Shown: piece by piece, positions 51,984-52,776 of the stretch
Position numbering within the stretch: position 1 is the first letter of the stretch
Layout of the letters: each line of letters begins with the position of its first letter
DNA from: Rhodospirillaceae bacterium
GTDB taxonomy: Bacteria > Pseudomonadota > Alphaproteobacteria > CACIAM-22H2
NCBI GenBank assembly: GCA_009694125.1
Contig: SHVT01000003.1
Span: forward strand, 1 to 52,776
DNA: 52,776 nucleotides
Direction: 5' to 3'
Position numbers and translations under genes: made by a program
Notes under the pieces: model-generated
The model's database searches: none
What the model saw: only the letters and a program-made list of their open reading frames with translations
What the model was told of the DNA's origin: nothing

Positions 51984-52776
51984 ATGATCGGACGAAGGTC
52001 CAAGACCCGGGGCGGCGTGATCGCCGCGCTCGACATCGGCAGCAGCAAGGTTTGCTGCTTCGTCGCCCGCATGAGCGGCGACACCATCAACGTCATCGGC
52101 ATCGGCCATCAGGTGGCCAAAGGCCTGCGCGGCGGCAGCGTCGTGGACATGGAGGCCGCGGAGGCGGCGATCCTCAACGCCGTGAGCGCGGCCGAACAGA
52201 TGGCGGGGGAAACCCTGTGCTCGGTCATCGTGTCCCTGTCGGCGGGCCAGCTCGCCTCGCACACCACGGCGGTGGATGTCGAAATCGCCGGGCATGAAGT
52301 CGGCGACACCGATCTGCGCCGGGTCATCGACCACGGCCGCCAGCACAACCAACGACCCGAGCGCGAGCTGATCCACGCCATCCCCGTCGCCTACACCATC
52401 GACGGCAGCCGCGGCATCCGCGATCCCCGCGGCATGTTCGGCGCGCGGCTGGGCGTCAACATGCACATGATCACGGCGGCGCCGGCGGCGCTCCGCAACC
52501 TCGCCACCTGCATCGGCCGTTGCCATTTGAGCGTCGATGGCTTCGTCGTCTCGCCCTACGCCGCCGGCCTCGCCGTGCTGGTCGAGGACGAAATGGATCT
52601 CGGCGCGACCGTCATCGACATGGGCGGGGGCACGACCTCGATCGCCGTGTTCTTCGACGGCAACGTCATCCATGTGGACGGCGTTCCGGTCGGCGGCAAC
52701 CACATCACCAATGACATCGCCCGCGGCCTGTCCACGCCGGTCGCCCACGCCGAACGCATGAAGACCCTGTATGGCA
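51984..52776 (+). CDS. ftsA: Cell division protein FtsA (partial, runs off the window)
   Basis: Translated by hand: AALDIGSSKVCC, AV.AAE.MAG, IDMGGGTT, VGG.HIT.DIA.GL.T...AE..K. Confidence 0.95.
   Translation, partial: MIGRRSKTRGGVIAALDIGSSKVCCFVARMSGDTINVIGIGHQVAKGLRGGSVVDMEAAEAAILNAVSAAEQMAGETLCSVIVSLSAGQLASHTTAVDVEIAGHEVGDTDLRRVIDHGRQHNQRPERELIHAIPVAYTIDGSRGIRDPRGMFGARLGVNMHMITAAPAALRNLATCIGRCHLSVDGFVVSPYAAGLAVLVEDEMDLGATVIDMGGGTTSIAVFFDGNVIHVDGVPVGGNHITNDIARGLSTPVAHAERMKTLYG

Overview
High-GC chromosomal window from an alphaproteobacterium (Rhodospirillales-like, inferred from gene content and order). Left to right: nadQ-type regulator plus nadA-nadB-nadC with two operator palindromes; two tandem orphan FlgC-like genes; gltB/gltD; a small ORF; a MacA-MacB-TolC-type efflux operon divergent from an Lrp/AsnC regulator; Atm1-type ABC exporter, pentapeptide-repeat protein and glyoxalase I; a long AsmA-family gene; a DUF1800/DUF1501 pair; a 44-aa helical-repeat protein; a 5'-truncated flavodoxin-fold gene; single-chain 5-oxoprolinase; an amidase; a frameshifted class III cyclase; RNase P RNA; and the dcw cluster from mraZ to a partial ftsA. 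I saw no CRISPR array, tRNA, rRNA, transposase or integrase. Most of the window is housekeeping and I cannot demonstrate a new system from sequence alone. The best leads are the duplicated FlgC-like pair, the atm1-pentapeptide-gloA unit, the oxoprolinase tail and flavodoxin scar, the frameshifted cyclase-2TM gene, the 44-aa repeat protein and a mini-ORF bridging ftsQ and ftsA. Family assignments come from motif recognition, not database searches. Many ORF-track starts were trimmed to more plausible codons.
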